Assembly: GCF_035084215.1 (NCBI RefSeq)
Contig: NC_090349.1
Coordinates: forward strand, 37,758,001-37,822,000
Source: Heptranchias perlo
Lineage: Eukaryota
Direction of reading: 5' to 3'
Length of the DNA: 64,000 nt
Under the pieces are notes generated by a model, which was given only the letters and a program-made list of their open reading frames with translations, was not told the origin of the DNA and ran no database searches. Below, piece by piece: positions 37,801 through 49,478 of the stretch. The position numbers and the translations under genes were made by a program. The number at the start of each line of letters is the position of its first letter. The stretch's first letter is position 1.

Positions 37801-38051
37801 ATTCACCGAGAGTTTATTGTATTCAGAACAATATATGACAATGTCATGATCTATAGATAACAGAGGAAGGCATGAAGGATACTGCAAGCACATCACATCA
37901 GTAAAAATAACTTTAGCATTAACCCTTTGACCCAGGAATGTACTGTACAAGGCTGATAACCAGAGTCCAGCCTTTCAACAACTATTTACAGAAACCGTCG
38001 GTGCCCCCTACACAATAGAGGTCAAATATAGTGGGATAGATGTTCAACTTG

Positions 38052-38197
38052 CCGCCTGGGCATTAAACTGGCATTGTGGGTCAGCTGCCCATTATAGAAA
38101 CTGCCTGATTTTCTTCTCAATTGAAAGCAATGCAAATGAAAACCTGGCTGTTTCTATATTGGGCGGCTGATGGACAACGCCAGTTTTGACACCCAGC
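38052..38197. mobile_element. Palindromic MITE-like hairpin
   Basis: ctgggcattaaactggcattgt...tcagctgcccattatagaaac is mirrored by gtttctatattgggcggctga...acaacgccagttttgacacccag. Confidence 0.65.
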
Positions 38198-38435
38198 GGG
38201 TGATTTTAAACCCCAAGAATGGGTGGGCTGGGGGCGGGTGGGAGTTGAAAACAGTTGTTTTTTTGGGTCACAACCGCAAAATTTTCGGACTTTGGATTCC
38301 CAGTGGGAAGCCTGTACTTTTCTGTGCCGACGTTAAACCCGGAAATAAAGCCGGGTTGCGGTTGTGACCCAAAACCCAACTATTTTCAACTCCCTCCCGC
38401 CCCCAATCCACCCGTTCTGGGGGTTTAAATCACCC
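38198..38435. mobile_element. MITE with about 80-bp terminal inverted repeats
   Basis: gggtgattttaaacccc...gggtcacaaccgcaa versus ttgcggttgtgaccc...ggggtttaaatcaccc. Confidence 0.85.
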
Positions 38436-38532
38436 CCCCCCACAGTGTCTCTACCGCCACCTAAGGCTGGGATCAGTTATCTCCGCATAGATCGGGGATA
38501 GAAGCAGAGACTCAGTATCGCACTGGCCGGAT

Positions 38533-40361
38533 CAGATCAAAGCTCTGCAGTGCTGCCACATCCAGTCGTGAATGGTGGTGGACAATTGAACAACTTACGG
38601 GAGGAGGAGGCTCTGTAAGCATCCCCATCCTCAATGATGGCAGGGTTCAGCACGTGAGTGCAAAAGACAAGGCTGAAGCGTTTGCAACCACCTTCAGCCA
38701 GAAGTGCCGAGTGGATGATCCTTCTCAGCCTCCTCCCAATATCCCCACCATCACAGAAGCCAGTCTTCAGCCAATTCGATTAATTCCACATGATATCATG
38801 AAACAGCTGAGTGCACTGGATACAGCAAAGGCTATGGGCCCCGACAACATCCCGTCTGTAGTGTAGACTTGTGCTCCAGAACTAGCCGTGCCTCTAGCCA
38901 AACTGTTCCAGTACAGCTACAACACTGGCATCTACCTGACAATTTGGAAAATTGGCCAGGTATGTCCTGTCCACAAAAAGCAGGACAAATCCAATCCGGC
39001 CAATTACCGCCCCATCAGACTACTCTCAATCATCAGCAAAGTGATGGAAGGTGTCGTCGACAGTGCTATCAAACGACACTTACTCACCAATAACCTGTTC
39101 ACCGATGATCAGTTTGGGTTCTGCCAGGACCACTTGGCTCCAGACCTCATTACAGCCTTGGACAAAAGAGCTGAATTCCAGAGGTGAGATGAGACTGACT
39201 GCCCTTGACATCAAGGCAGCATTTGACCGAGTGTGGCACCAAGGAGCCCTAGTAAAATTGAAGTCAATGGGAATCGGGGGAAAACTCCCCAGTGGCTGGA
39301 GTCATACCTAGCACAAAGGAAGATGGTAGCGGTTGTTGGAGGCCAATCATCTCAGCCCCAGGACATTGCTGCAGGAGTTCCTCAGGGCAGTGTCCTCGGC
39401 CCAACCATCTTCAGCTGCTTCATCAATGGCCTTCCCTTCATCATAAGGTCAGAAATAGGGATGTTCGCTGATGATTGCACAGTGTTCAGTTTCATTTGCA
39501 ACCCCTCAGATAATGAAGCAGTCCACGCCCGCATGCAGCAAGACCTGGACAACATCCAGGATTGGGCGGATAAGTGGTAAGTAATATTTGCGCCGGACAA
39601 GTGCGAGGCAATGGCCATCTCCAACAAGAGAGTGTCTAACCACCTCCCCTTGACATTCAACGGCATTACCATCACCGAATCCCCCACCATCAACATCCTG
39701 GGGGTCACCATTGACCAAAAACTTAACTGGACCAGCTACATAAATACTGTGGCTACAAGAGCACGTCAGAGGCTGGGTATTCCGTGGTGAGTGACTTACC
39801 TCCTGACTCCCCAAAGCCTTTTCACCATCTACATGGCACAAGTCAGGAGTGTGATGGAATATTCTCCACTTGCCTGGATGAGTGCAGCTCCAACAACACG
39901 CAAGAAGCTCAACACCATCCAGGACAAAGCAACCCGCTTGATTGGCACCCCATCCACCACCCTAAACATTCACTTTCTTCACCACCGTGGCTGCAGTGTG
40001 TACCATCTACAGGATGCACTGCAGCAACTCGCCAAGGCTTCTTCGACAGCACCTCCCAAACCCCAGACCTCTACCACCTAGAAGAACAAGAGCAGCAGGT
40101 ACATGGGAACAACACCACCTGCACGTTCCCCTCCAAGTCACACACCATCCCGACTTGGAAATATATCATCGTTCCTTCATTGTTGCTGGGTCAAAATCCT
40201 GGAACTCCCTACCTAACAGCACTGTGGGAGAACCGTCACCACACGGACTGCAGCGGTTCAAGAAGGCGGCTCACCACCACCTTCTCAAGGGCAATTAGGG
40301 ATGGGCAATAAATGCTGGCCTTGCCAGCGACGCCCACATCCCATGAACAAATTTTAAAAAA
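38533..40361 (+). mobile_element. CR1-group LINE RT region to 3' end, frameshifted
   Basis: KAMGPDNIP, NPANYRPI, LDIKAAFDRVWHQG, GVPQGSVLGP, MFADD and YSPLAW; A tail. Confidence 0.93.
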
Positions 40362-40659
40362 ATGTTGCCAATTGAGTCTTCGGAGGAAGCTCAGTATTGC
40401 ACACGTATTGACCTCGCCATTTGACAGTATATCAGCATTAATGCTTAAACCCATCATTACCAATCACATAACAACAAACTTTATGGAAAATAACTCACCA
40501 ACGAGGAAGGCCTGAAGTGCAAGACCAACACGGAGAAATATAGACAAAATATTTAAAACATTTTGATCAGTTTTTTTAAAATTAAGAAACCTAGGTGAAG
40601 GACAAAACCCTCAGAACACTAATCGAGGATGTAAGGTAACACTTTCCTCCTAGATGCCC

Positions 40660-41522
40660 TAGAGGACAGAGACAAAATGCAGGAAGACATTAATAAACTT
40701 GCAGAATGCATATAATTGGCAAATTAATTTCGATACAGATAAGTGCAAGATGGTATATTTTGGTAGGAAGAATAAGGAGGCCACATACTCCTTGGAAAAT
40801 AAGAGTCTAAATGGGGTAGAGGTGCAAAGCGATCTATGGGTACAGATACACAAATCACTAAAAGTATCGACGCAGGTTAATAAGGCCATAAAAAAAGCAA
40901 ATCAAGCACTGGTGTATATTTCCAGAGGGATAGAATTGAAAAGCGGAGAAGTTATGTCAAACTTGTATAGAACCTTGGTTAGACCACACTTGGAGTACTG
41001 TGAACAGTTCTGGTCTCAATAGAAAGGATATAGAGGCACTGGAGAAGGTGGAAAAAAGATTTACTAGGATGATACCAGATAGGTTATACCTATCAGGAAA
41101 GATTGAACAGGCTGGGGCTTTTTTCTCTAGAAAGGAGAAGACTGAGGGGTGACCTGATAGAGGTCTTTAAGATTATGAAAGGGTTTGATAGGGTAGATGT
41201 GGAGAAGATGTTTCCACTTGTGGGGGAGATCAGAACTAGGGGCCATAAATATAAGATAGTCACTAATTAATCCAATGGGGAATTCAGGAGAAACTTCTTT
41301 ACCCACAGAGTGGTGAGAATGTGGAACTCGCTACCACAGGAATAGTTGAGGCGACTAGCAGAGATACATTTAAGGGGAAGCTAGATAAACACGAGGGAGA
41401 AAGGAATACAAGGATATGTTGATGGGGTTACATGAAGAAGGGTGGGTGGAGGCTCGTTTGGAGCATAAACACCAGCTTGGGCCGAATGGCCTGTTTCTGT
41501 GCTGTACATTCTACATAATTCT
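40660..41522 (+). mobile_element. CR1 LINE 3' region
   Basis: WQINFDTDKCK...LYRTLVRPHLEYCEQFWS. Confidence 0.92.
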
Positions 41523-42265
41523 AGGAAATAACTTCCATTCAGTATTATCATCCTTCAGGATTATCCTGATTTCGATGTTCCTTCACAACCACTAATAAGG
41601 CACTTGAGCGTGCTCATGTGTGGAGCCTATGGTACACAGGCTGTAAAGTGCTCACTCGAAGACTATCAACATACTACAAAATATCAATTCAGCAAACTAC
41701 AATGTGGAGGTGGAGGGGAGAAACCTAAGAGGTACTAACATGTTGGATATGAAATATATATTGACGAGCTCAATGCTAAAAACACCTAATGTCGAGCCTG
41801 ACGCGTGATGCTCTGACATCATCATCAGCACTTTAACCTTTCCCTTTCATTTGTGTCATGCTTCCTCCACTACACAGACTGAAAAGCAAATTTCAAAACA
41901 AACATTCTATTTTAAATAAATGATTAAATATTAATTATACATAATTCTACAAGTATTATTCGTTGCTCCCCTAAACCACGCTTCTTCTTCCCTTGTCCTT
42001 AATGCTGTTTCCTCTCGCTGCCTTTTCATTGCGTTGAAATTAAGACTTGTTCCATCTCTTACTCAAACCCATTCTTCCCACAGACTTCTGAGCTGTTGAA
42101 TACCTTTCATTCCTCAGCTTTCCCTTCCTCCTACAATCTAATAGGTTTTTTAAAATCCAAGTTTGGCATCGCCTCATCTTCCTTCAACTATGATGGTGAC
42201 ACATACTATGGATCTTTGCCCTTCAATATGTTTCTCAATTAAAAATAAACTTTGGTGTAAAAATG

Positions 42266-42722
42266 AAAGACCTGCATTTATATAGCGCCTTTCACGACCT
42301 CAGGACATCCCAAAGTGCTTTACAGCCAATGAAGTACTTTTCAAGTGTAGTCACTGTTGTAATGTAGGAAACACAGCAGCCAATTTTTACACAGCAAGGT
42401 CCCACAAACAGCAATGTGATAATGATCAGATAATCTGATTTAGTGATGTTGGTTGAAGGATAAATATTGGCCAGAACACCTGGCCGAACCCCCCTGATCG
42501 TCTTCGAAATAATGGCTATGAGATCATTTACGTCCACCTGCAGAGGGCAGACAGGGCCTCAGTTTAACGTTTCATCTGAAAGACAGCACCTCCGACAGTG
42601 CAGCGTTCCCTCAGTACTGCACTGGAGTGTCAGCCTAGATTTTATGCTCAAGTCTCTAGAGTGGGACTTGAATCCACAATCTTCAGAATCAGAGGCGAGA
42701 GTGCTACCACTGAGCCACAGCT
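42266..42722 (-). mobile_element. Full-length DeuSINE (SacSINE1-like)
   Basis: tRNA-like head (agctgtggctcagtggtagcactctcgcc...ggattcaagtcccac), Deu-like core and L2-like tail. Confidence 0.88.
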
Positions 42723-42936
42723 GACACTGTAGAGATCAATGTATGTCGATGTGTGTTGTTTCCAATCATCAGTATTGTTGTTTGATTAACAAAATTCACT
42801 TGTCAGTCGTTTTTATTTTTTGTGTGGTGTCAGGCAACATGTAAATCACTTTAGAACAAAGCAACGTGCTTGGTTCAGCTGATAGTGAATTGAGATTATT
42901 CCGCCTCATTGCCTGGGAAAATACTTTGCTGCAATA

Positions 42937-43086
42937 TGTGATGACCGCTAAGTTTGGATGGCAGACTCTGATGAGCTGTCAGATCTATTGTCTGCTTTAG
43001 TTTGAGGCTTGTACTTGCCAGAGTATAAATTCAGCCCTGAGTGTCAGTCAGACAGCAAGTTCTCCAAGCGAGCATCAGATCCTCAG
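42937..43086 (+). promoter_or_regulatory. CRYBB1: CRYBB1 promoter (PL1/PL2-like MAREs, TATA) and non-coding exon 1
   Basis: TGTGATGACC at 42937, CAGACTCTGATGAGCTGTCA at 42962, CTATTGT at 42985, TATAAAT at 43024-43030 and donor cctcag|gtaaga at 43086. Confidence 0.8.
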
Positions 43087-43884
43087 GTAAGAGAGACAGA
43101 GCGAGAGAAAGAGGAGAGCAAGGGAAAAGGAGAGAACATAAGAGGAAAAGCAGGATAGAAGGAGCATCACAAACGAGGAAGGCCTGAAGTGCAAGATCAA
43201 CAAGGAGAAATATAGACAAAATATTTAAAACATTTTGATAGGTTTCTTAATTTAAAAAAAACTGAGGTGAAGGACAAAACCCTCAGTACAGTACACCAAG
43301 GTTGAAAAGAATAATAGAGAAGGTAATATAAATTAGATAGTGGTTAGATGACATCAATTTTGGGTTTTAAAAACCTGTAGACTGTAGGAGCAAAGGTTTG
43401 TGAGAGATACAAAGAGTAGTTCTGTAAAATAGTTTTAATACATGATATACAGGTTATATAAACATTACGAGGGAGCAAATTGTGAAATGCTAATTGGAGG
43501 AAACAGGGATGAGAGCTGATGAGAACATATAGAACAGAAAAAGAGTGAGAATGTTTTTGTTACCGATAGTTTGAATAGAATATTGCTGAGAAATACAGAA
43601 TGGAATACACTTATTTAACTAACAAAATTCAAGGATCTGCTTTTCTGATCATAAATTGGACAGATAGTATGCTGATTGGAATTTCCAATAATTGCTAATC
43701 TCAATTCAATTTGGAGTCATTTGTTTTGCAAATTGATGTGCCTGAATAGTAACCTGTTTGAAACATGAGGGCATTTATTTATTTATTTATTTATTCAGTT
43801 TGTGTCTTGTGCTGTGGTGGGACTTCAAATGTACATCTTTTCTGCTTCTTGTTCTCAGTTCCACATCACACGTGACGATACAGA

Positions 43885-43992
43885 ATGTCTCAGACTACAA
43901 AGGGCACCGTTCAGGAAAAGGGCACCCCTGCTGCTGCTACTGTAGCTGCCAAGGCCTCTAAGACCAGAGAACCTGGAGTAGGCAACTTCAAG
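43885..43992 (+). CDS. CRYBB1: CRYBB1 first coding exon (N-terminal arm)
   Basis: Acceptor at 43858; [36 protein letters not shown]|gtgagt. Confidence 0.9.
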
Positions 43993-46900
43993 GTGAGTGT
44001 AACACTGTGCTTTAGGCAACGTTGGATGAGCTAGCTCCCCATCATTGCCAAAAACAAGAAGTTTTAGGAACATGAAAAGGCCATTAGTCCCAACAAGCCC
44101 ATCCCGCTTTAATCCAATGTCACCAATTCCTTGTCACCATAATCCCTGAATCACACCTCTCTCTCCAGACACATATATAATTGTCTATTGAACCCATTTC
44201 AATAGACTTCTCTAGTAATTTGTTCCATAAGTATATTACCCTTTGGCTAAAAAAAATTCTTCATAAGATCCCTTCTTACTTCTAACTTTGTAATTTTAAC
44301 CGTGTCTCCTGGTATTCGAACCCTTTAACACACTGATCAATTTACCTTTGTGAATTTCCATCATAATCTTCAAAACTTCAATTAGATCATCTCAAGTTTT
44401 CCTCTTTCACAAAGAGCAAGCTCAATTTCCTTAACCTTTCCTCTTAAATTCCTTATACTTGGAATTCTCTTTGTTGTTTGCCCTGGTTCCTGACCACTTG
44501 CAGTGGATATTCCGGTCTTGCTCACAGCAATACCTTCCTCATCACAACATTGTAGGTTCGTAGTTGAAGATTCCTCAGCTTTTTTTTTAAAACCTCATGT
44601 TAGCAATCTCAAATGACGACTCAGTCACTTTTGATGATGAGCATGTTTGAAGTACCTCAGCTGTGACCATCACCCCTGCTGTTATTTTAGAACCAGGTCC
44701 AACACGCCTGGGGGGAAGGGGAAGAAACTCAATGGATTGAAATCATGATCGCAGTCATCTGGGACACTGTCCTTCACTTTTGAAGAGCTGATCGAATGCA
44801 ACAAAGAATGATAACACAAGAATCTTGGTGAAAAGGCCTCATGCGAGATAAATATTCTCCACAGTCAATATGCAGCCAGATTTTTTTGAGGCCTCTTTGG
44901 TATAGCAAGCAATAAGCTTTATTTTTGAGCAAATATTTAAACACATTGCAAGCTATGTAGGAATGCAGAAAAGCAGATAATAACAGTACCCTGTACACCC
45001 TCCAGCTCCATTGTACTGTGAAGGTGGGTAGTGTAATCTGTTTTTAGGTAAGGTTTTCTGCCTTACAACATTATAGTTCTCAAGAGATTTCTCGAGTGTG
45101 CAAGTAGGTGGAAATCTTGCAAACAAAATAATATGACATGAAATATTACGTATCATGTTTTGTCAGTGTTTATGAACCTGGGAGAATGGCCCTGAATTTC
45201 CGTGAGGTTCTCCTGATCTCCTGCAGTAACGTTGGTGGAAATCCAGGAGAAACGGTGTAAACGGCTGCCTTTAGCCATTACCGCTGTTTCCCAGGGGGCT
45301 GCACTGATCACGCGCCAAAGAACAAGAAATTCCAGATGTATATTTTTTTTTTGCTGAATTGTGTGCTCATTGGAGGTGGGGGAGGTTAGCACTGCAAAAT
45401 GAAAATTTTTTTCTCGTATGAGGGCACTCGGTGTCAGCATCAAGCACCCCCAGCTCGGGTACAGTGCAGTCAGATGCAGAGTAGAGCTCACTCGACTCTG
45501 CTCCATTAAAAGCGACTTCAGGTAAGTACTTTCTATCACATCAGTCTGAGTGAGATTACCAAGTTAATGCTGAATTAGGAGCAGTTGTGCGTGGAGGACC
45601 CTTTGCCCACTGGATTGAGACTGGCCCAAATTTAGGAACAGATGAGAACTTTCATCTGGTCAATCTGGATTGGATTTGAACCCACAACCCCAAGGCATAA
45701 GGCATACGAGCCCCTAACAGATTTTTAAAAATGTATCATGTTTTTTCCTTTTACAGATTGCAGTGTTATAAAAAATAAAATAAAAATAGCATTGTACACT
45801 GCCAGTAGATTCTTTTTCCTCAGGGCATTTTAAATGATAGAAGCCTCGTAACATCATAACACTGATCGGCAGATCAAGGTCAGTTTCTGAAACATGGACA
45901 AATCCTTTGCTTGTTGCCTGACTGCCTTCATCCTTTGCTGCAGATCTTCATTTATGAACAGGAGAATTTCCAGGGCAGATTCATGGAGTTTTCCACCGAG
46001 TGCCTGAACCTGTGCGATCGCAACTTCGACAGAGTGGGCAGTGTCCGTGTGGACTGTGGACCGTAAGTTAACCTTGAAAGAGCTAAAGCACTGTTGGGTC
46101 GGTTACCAAAGCAGATGGGGCGCCCACTCACGGCCATGCGGTTGTGGCCTTGAGATGTGGCTTGTCCAACTCCTAAACCCAACAGGTACGTGTGAGGACC
46201 TTTATTGGATTGTTGCCAGCTCACCTAGGGGCAACTTATTGAAGTACAGGTCAGGAGAAGGGGTGAAGTGCGGTGGAATTGCACCTTGGAGCCCCAAAAT
46301 GCAGCTCCACAGAGTGAGGAGACACGTCCTCAATCTCCTACTTAGTCATTGTGCATTAGAGCTGTCAAACAGAGGTCAGGTACTTCCACTTGGAAACTTC
46401 TTACTGGCTTGCGAAAGTGTAATTAATAGAGACTTGGGGCCTCACACACTTATTCTCTCATGACTGTAGATCAGTGACTCCTATTGAGATCTCAGCAAGA
46501 GCAAGTGGAACATGTACCCTCACCAATAGAAGACAGGGAACGCATTGTCTCTACTGTTACGATCTTCAGAGCCACTTTGATTCAAGACAGCTGGGGAAAA
46601 CTTCGGCAGATATCATTAACTAATAAATTGTTCCTTGTTTTATAAATGTTGTCCTTCTCTGTTTCTAGCCTCATTTGATTCTACTTTGTCTTCCAGCTGG
46701 GTTGCTTTTGAACAAGCTAATTTCCGCGGAGAGATGTTCATCCTGGAGAAGGGCGAGTACCCACGCTGGGATTCCTGGTCCAGCAGCTACAGGAGTGACC
46801 GCTTCATGTCCTTCCGTCCAGTCGCCATGGTAAGTCACTCAGACTTGGGTGAGAAAAGTGGTGATTTTCTTTATGCATAAACAAACTATTCAATCGTACA

Positions 46901-49294
46901 TAAAACATATTTTTATGGCAATCACCTCTTTTCTGTCAACAACTCTTAACTCTCCATAATGTCCAAGTTAGTCCAAGACTTGAATTCTGCACCAATATTT
47001 GGGGAGGATGTTCTAATACATCTCCCTCATTCCTCGGAAGAATACAAGAAAAAAGCTTCACATATGATAGGACCTCTCCCTCATCTCCAACCTCCAGTCT
47101 CTGTTTCAGACCTAACCTTACTTGTCTCCCTCTATTTTAATGGCCATTGCTTTTGCTTCTCCTAAGCTTCGAATATTCCCTCCTACAAACTCTTTCTCAC
47201 TCCTGCATCCTCAATGTGTTTCAATTCAAGACTCTTTGCAATGTCTCATACCCTAATTCATAGTATCATAGCATGGTAAAGCACAGAAGGAGGACATTCG
47301 GTCCATCGTGCCTGTGCCGGCTCTTTGGAAGAGCTATCCAATTAATTAGTCCCGCTACCCTGCTCTTTCCCCACAACTCTGTACATTTTTTCAAGTATTT
47401 AACCATGGGCATAGAATTCTTTCCCAGACATCAAGACTTTGGATCTCCTTAATTCCCACAGTTTTTCCTTCCTCCTGTAATCTACAGGCTTTTAAAACCC
47501 AAATCTATTGTCACATAATACTATCTCATTTTCTCTTCTACTATTTTCACCATTGGTGGTGTCCTAAATGGCCTCGCCCCTCCCTATCTCTAACCTCTTC
47601 CAGCCCTTTAACCCTCCAAGATCTCTGCCCTCCTCCAATTCTGGCCTTTTGCGCATCCCCGATTTTAATCGCTCCACCATTGGCAGCTGTGACTTCAGCT
47701 GCCTAGGCCCTAAGCTCTGGAATTCGCTCCCTAAACCTCTCCACCTCTCTCTCCTCCTTTAAGACGCTCCTCAAAAACCTACCGCTTTGTCCAAGCTTTT
47801 GGTCACCTGTCCTAATAACTCCTTATGTGGTTCAGTGTCAAATTATGTTTGATAATCGCTTCTGTGAAGTGCCTTGGGACGGTTTTACTACGTTAAAGGT
47901 GCTATATAAATGCAAATTGTTATTGTTGTCCTGCGCTTTGGACTTTGACCTTTCACCTAGATTTCTCAATTTTAAAAAAAACTCAAAAAGGTGAGATTTT
48001 TTTGTTAAACTAACATTTGACAGCACACATAAATCCCCCCATATAATGAAGTAACTATAAATTAAGGCAGCGGAAAAGGAAACTGATTTTAAAAAATTCT
48101 CTTAACAGTTTTTTTTATATATTGCTTCACAGGATAATCAGGAACACAAAATCTGCCTGTTCGAAATTGCTGAATTCCAAGGCAACAAGATGGAGATCAC
48201 TGAGGATGATGTGCCCAGCCTGTGGGCTTATGGATTCTGTGACCGTGTGGGCAGTGTGAAGGTTCCAAGTGGCACGTGAGTAACTCTAGTGCAAATCTCA
48301 TGGGCAGTTCATTTATTGAATGTAGACACCGTCGGGAGAAAGAAGGGGCCTCATCCTTGAGAAAGTTCATACAGGAATATTACAGCTCTTGTGCATCAGA
48401 CCTTGAGAGTAACATCTAATGACTATCCCGTGGAGAAGCCGTAGATTGGAGAAGAGTTGTGGCTCTGTTTGTCTGCCGTCCCAAGCTTGAGCTTCAGGAT
48501 GATGAAGAAGAGAAGCTATGGGGAGGGGGAATGGAATCTGAAAAGAGAAAAGATACCTAAAAGAAGTTAAGTCATTCAGTTAAAATGCACAGTGACCGCA
48601 CCCTGAAACCTATGCACAAATTAGAGCCTGTTTCGGTTGGTGATTGTCTTCCCTCACTCAGTTTTCACTCCTCTCCCCAGTTCGGTGAATGCTGGCTTCC
48701 CTCCAATTCTTCATGAATGAGCCTAAACAATGAGTGTTGTTGGGTCACATGACTCTGGGAGGGGTGGGGTTTCACACCTGAGCATGATCTTATCCTCAAC
48801 TGATGTCCACTAATGCACAATTTTTAGTACGATGGCGATTAGCAGCAGGAAATCGGACTGACTTTTCCTCTTAATCCAGGAATGCTGAAGCCGTCTGAAA
48901 TCGGCTCAATCAGCAGAGACTGGAAAGTCACACTGGAGAGCCTCCTGGTCAGTGTAAGACAGCTGTAGACTGGGTAGTACGTTTGCTAGTTGAGGTTCTG
49001 GGTGGAGTATGATGCGATGCAAACCCCTGACTAACTTCAGCGGAACATTTGATCTCCTGGGGGACAGGGTTTGGGCAGAGTAACCGATACTGGAACGATG
49101 ATGTCTTTTTCTCCTGTTGCAGATGGGTTGGTTACCAGTACCCTGGATACAGAGGATACCAGTACTTGTTTGAGATGGCAGAGTACAAACACTGGAATGA
49201 GTGGTGTGCCCAGCAGCCCCAGATGCAGTCCATCCGTCGCCTCAGAGACATGCAGTGGCATCAGAAAGGCTGCTTCCAGCTTGCTACTAAGTGA
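43885..49294 (+). CDS. CRYBB1: Beta-crystallin B1, complete spliced CDS (224 aa)
   Basis: Exons 43885-43992, 45944-46062, 46697-46829, 48133-48275 and 49123-49294 sum to 675 nt, all GT-AG. Motifs [24 protein letters not shown] and the C-terminal [20 protein letters not shown]. Head-to-head with CRYBA4 as in other vertebrates. Confidence 0.95.
45944..46062 (+). CDS. CRYBB1: CRYBB1 exon, motif 1
   Basis: [40 protein letters not shown]; 119 nt. Confidence 0.97.
46697..46829 (+). CDS. CRYBB1: CRYBB1 exon, motif 2
   Basis: [44 protein letters not shown]; 133 nt. Confidence 0.97.
47568..47930 (+). mobile_element. L2 LINE 3' end in a CRYBB1 intron
   Basis: [12 protein letters not shown] and the tail gctatataaatgcaaattgttattgttg. 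Confidence 0.88.
48133..48275 (+). CDS. CRYBB1: CRYBB1 exon, motif 3
   Basis: [48 protein letters not shown]; 143 nt. Confidence 0.97.
49123..49294 (+). CDS. CRYBB1: CRYBB1 last exon, motif 4 and C-terminal arm
   Basis: [56 protein letters not shown]. Confidence 0.97.
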
Positions 49295-49472
49295 GGGAAC
49301 TCTCTCGGCATCGCTAGCTGATGGAGAAGCTGATACAGCTCATTTATTTTATGGAATCATTTAAGTTGAAGTTTCCAATTACTATTTTTAACTCACTCTG
49401 GTCAGCTAAATTTCTCTGCACTTTACAATGTAAAGCAGATTTTTCAGAATCCAAAATGTACTTTATGAGGCA

Positions 49473-49478
49473 AATAAA
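49473..49478 (+). other. CRYBB1 polyadenylation signal
   Basis: AATAAA about 180 nt after the stop codon. Confidence 0.7.

Noticed and set aside
35516-40463. Multiple 100-186 aa ORFs as host genes
   Set aside because: Frameshifted LINE ORF2 pieces and their antisense shadows.
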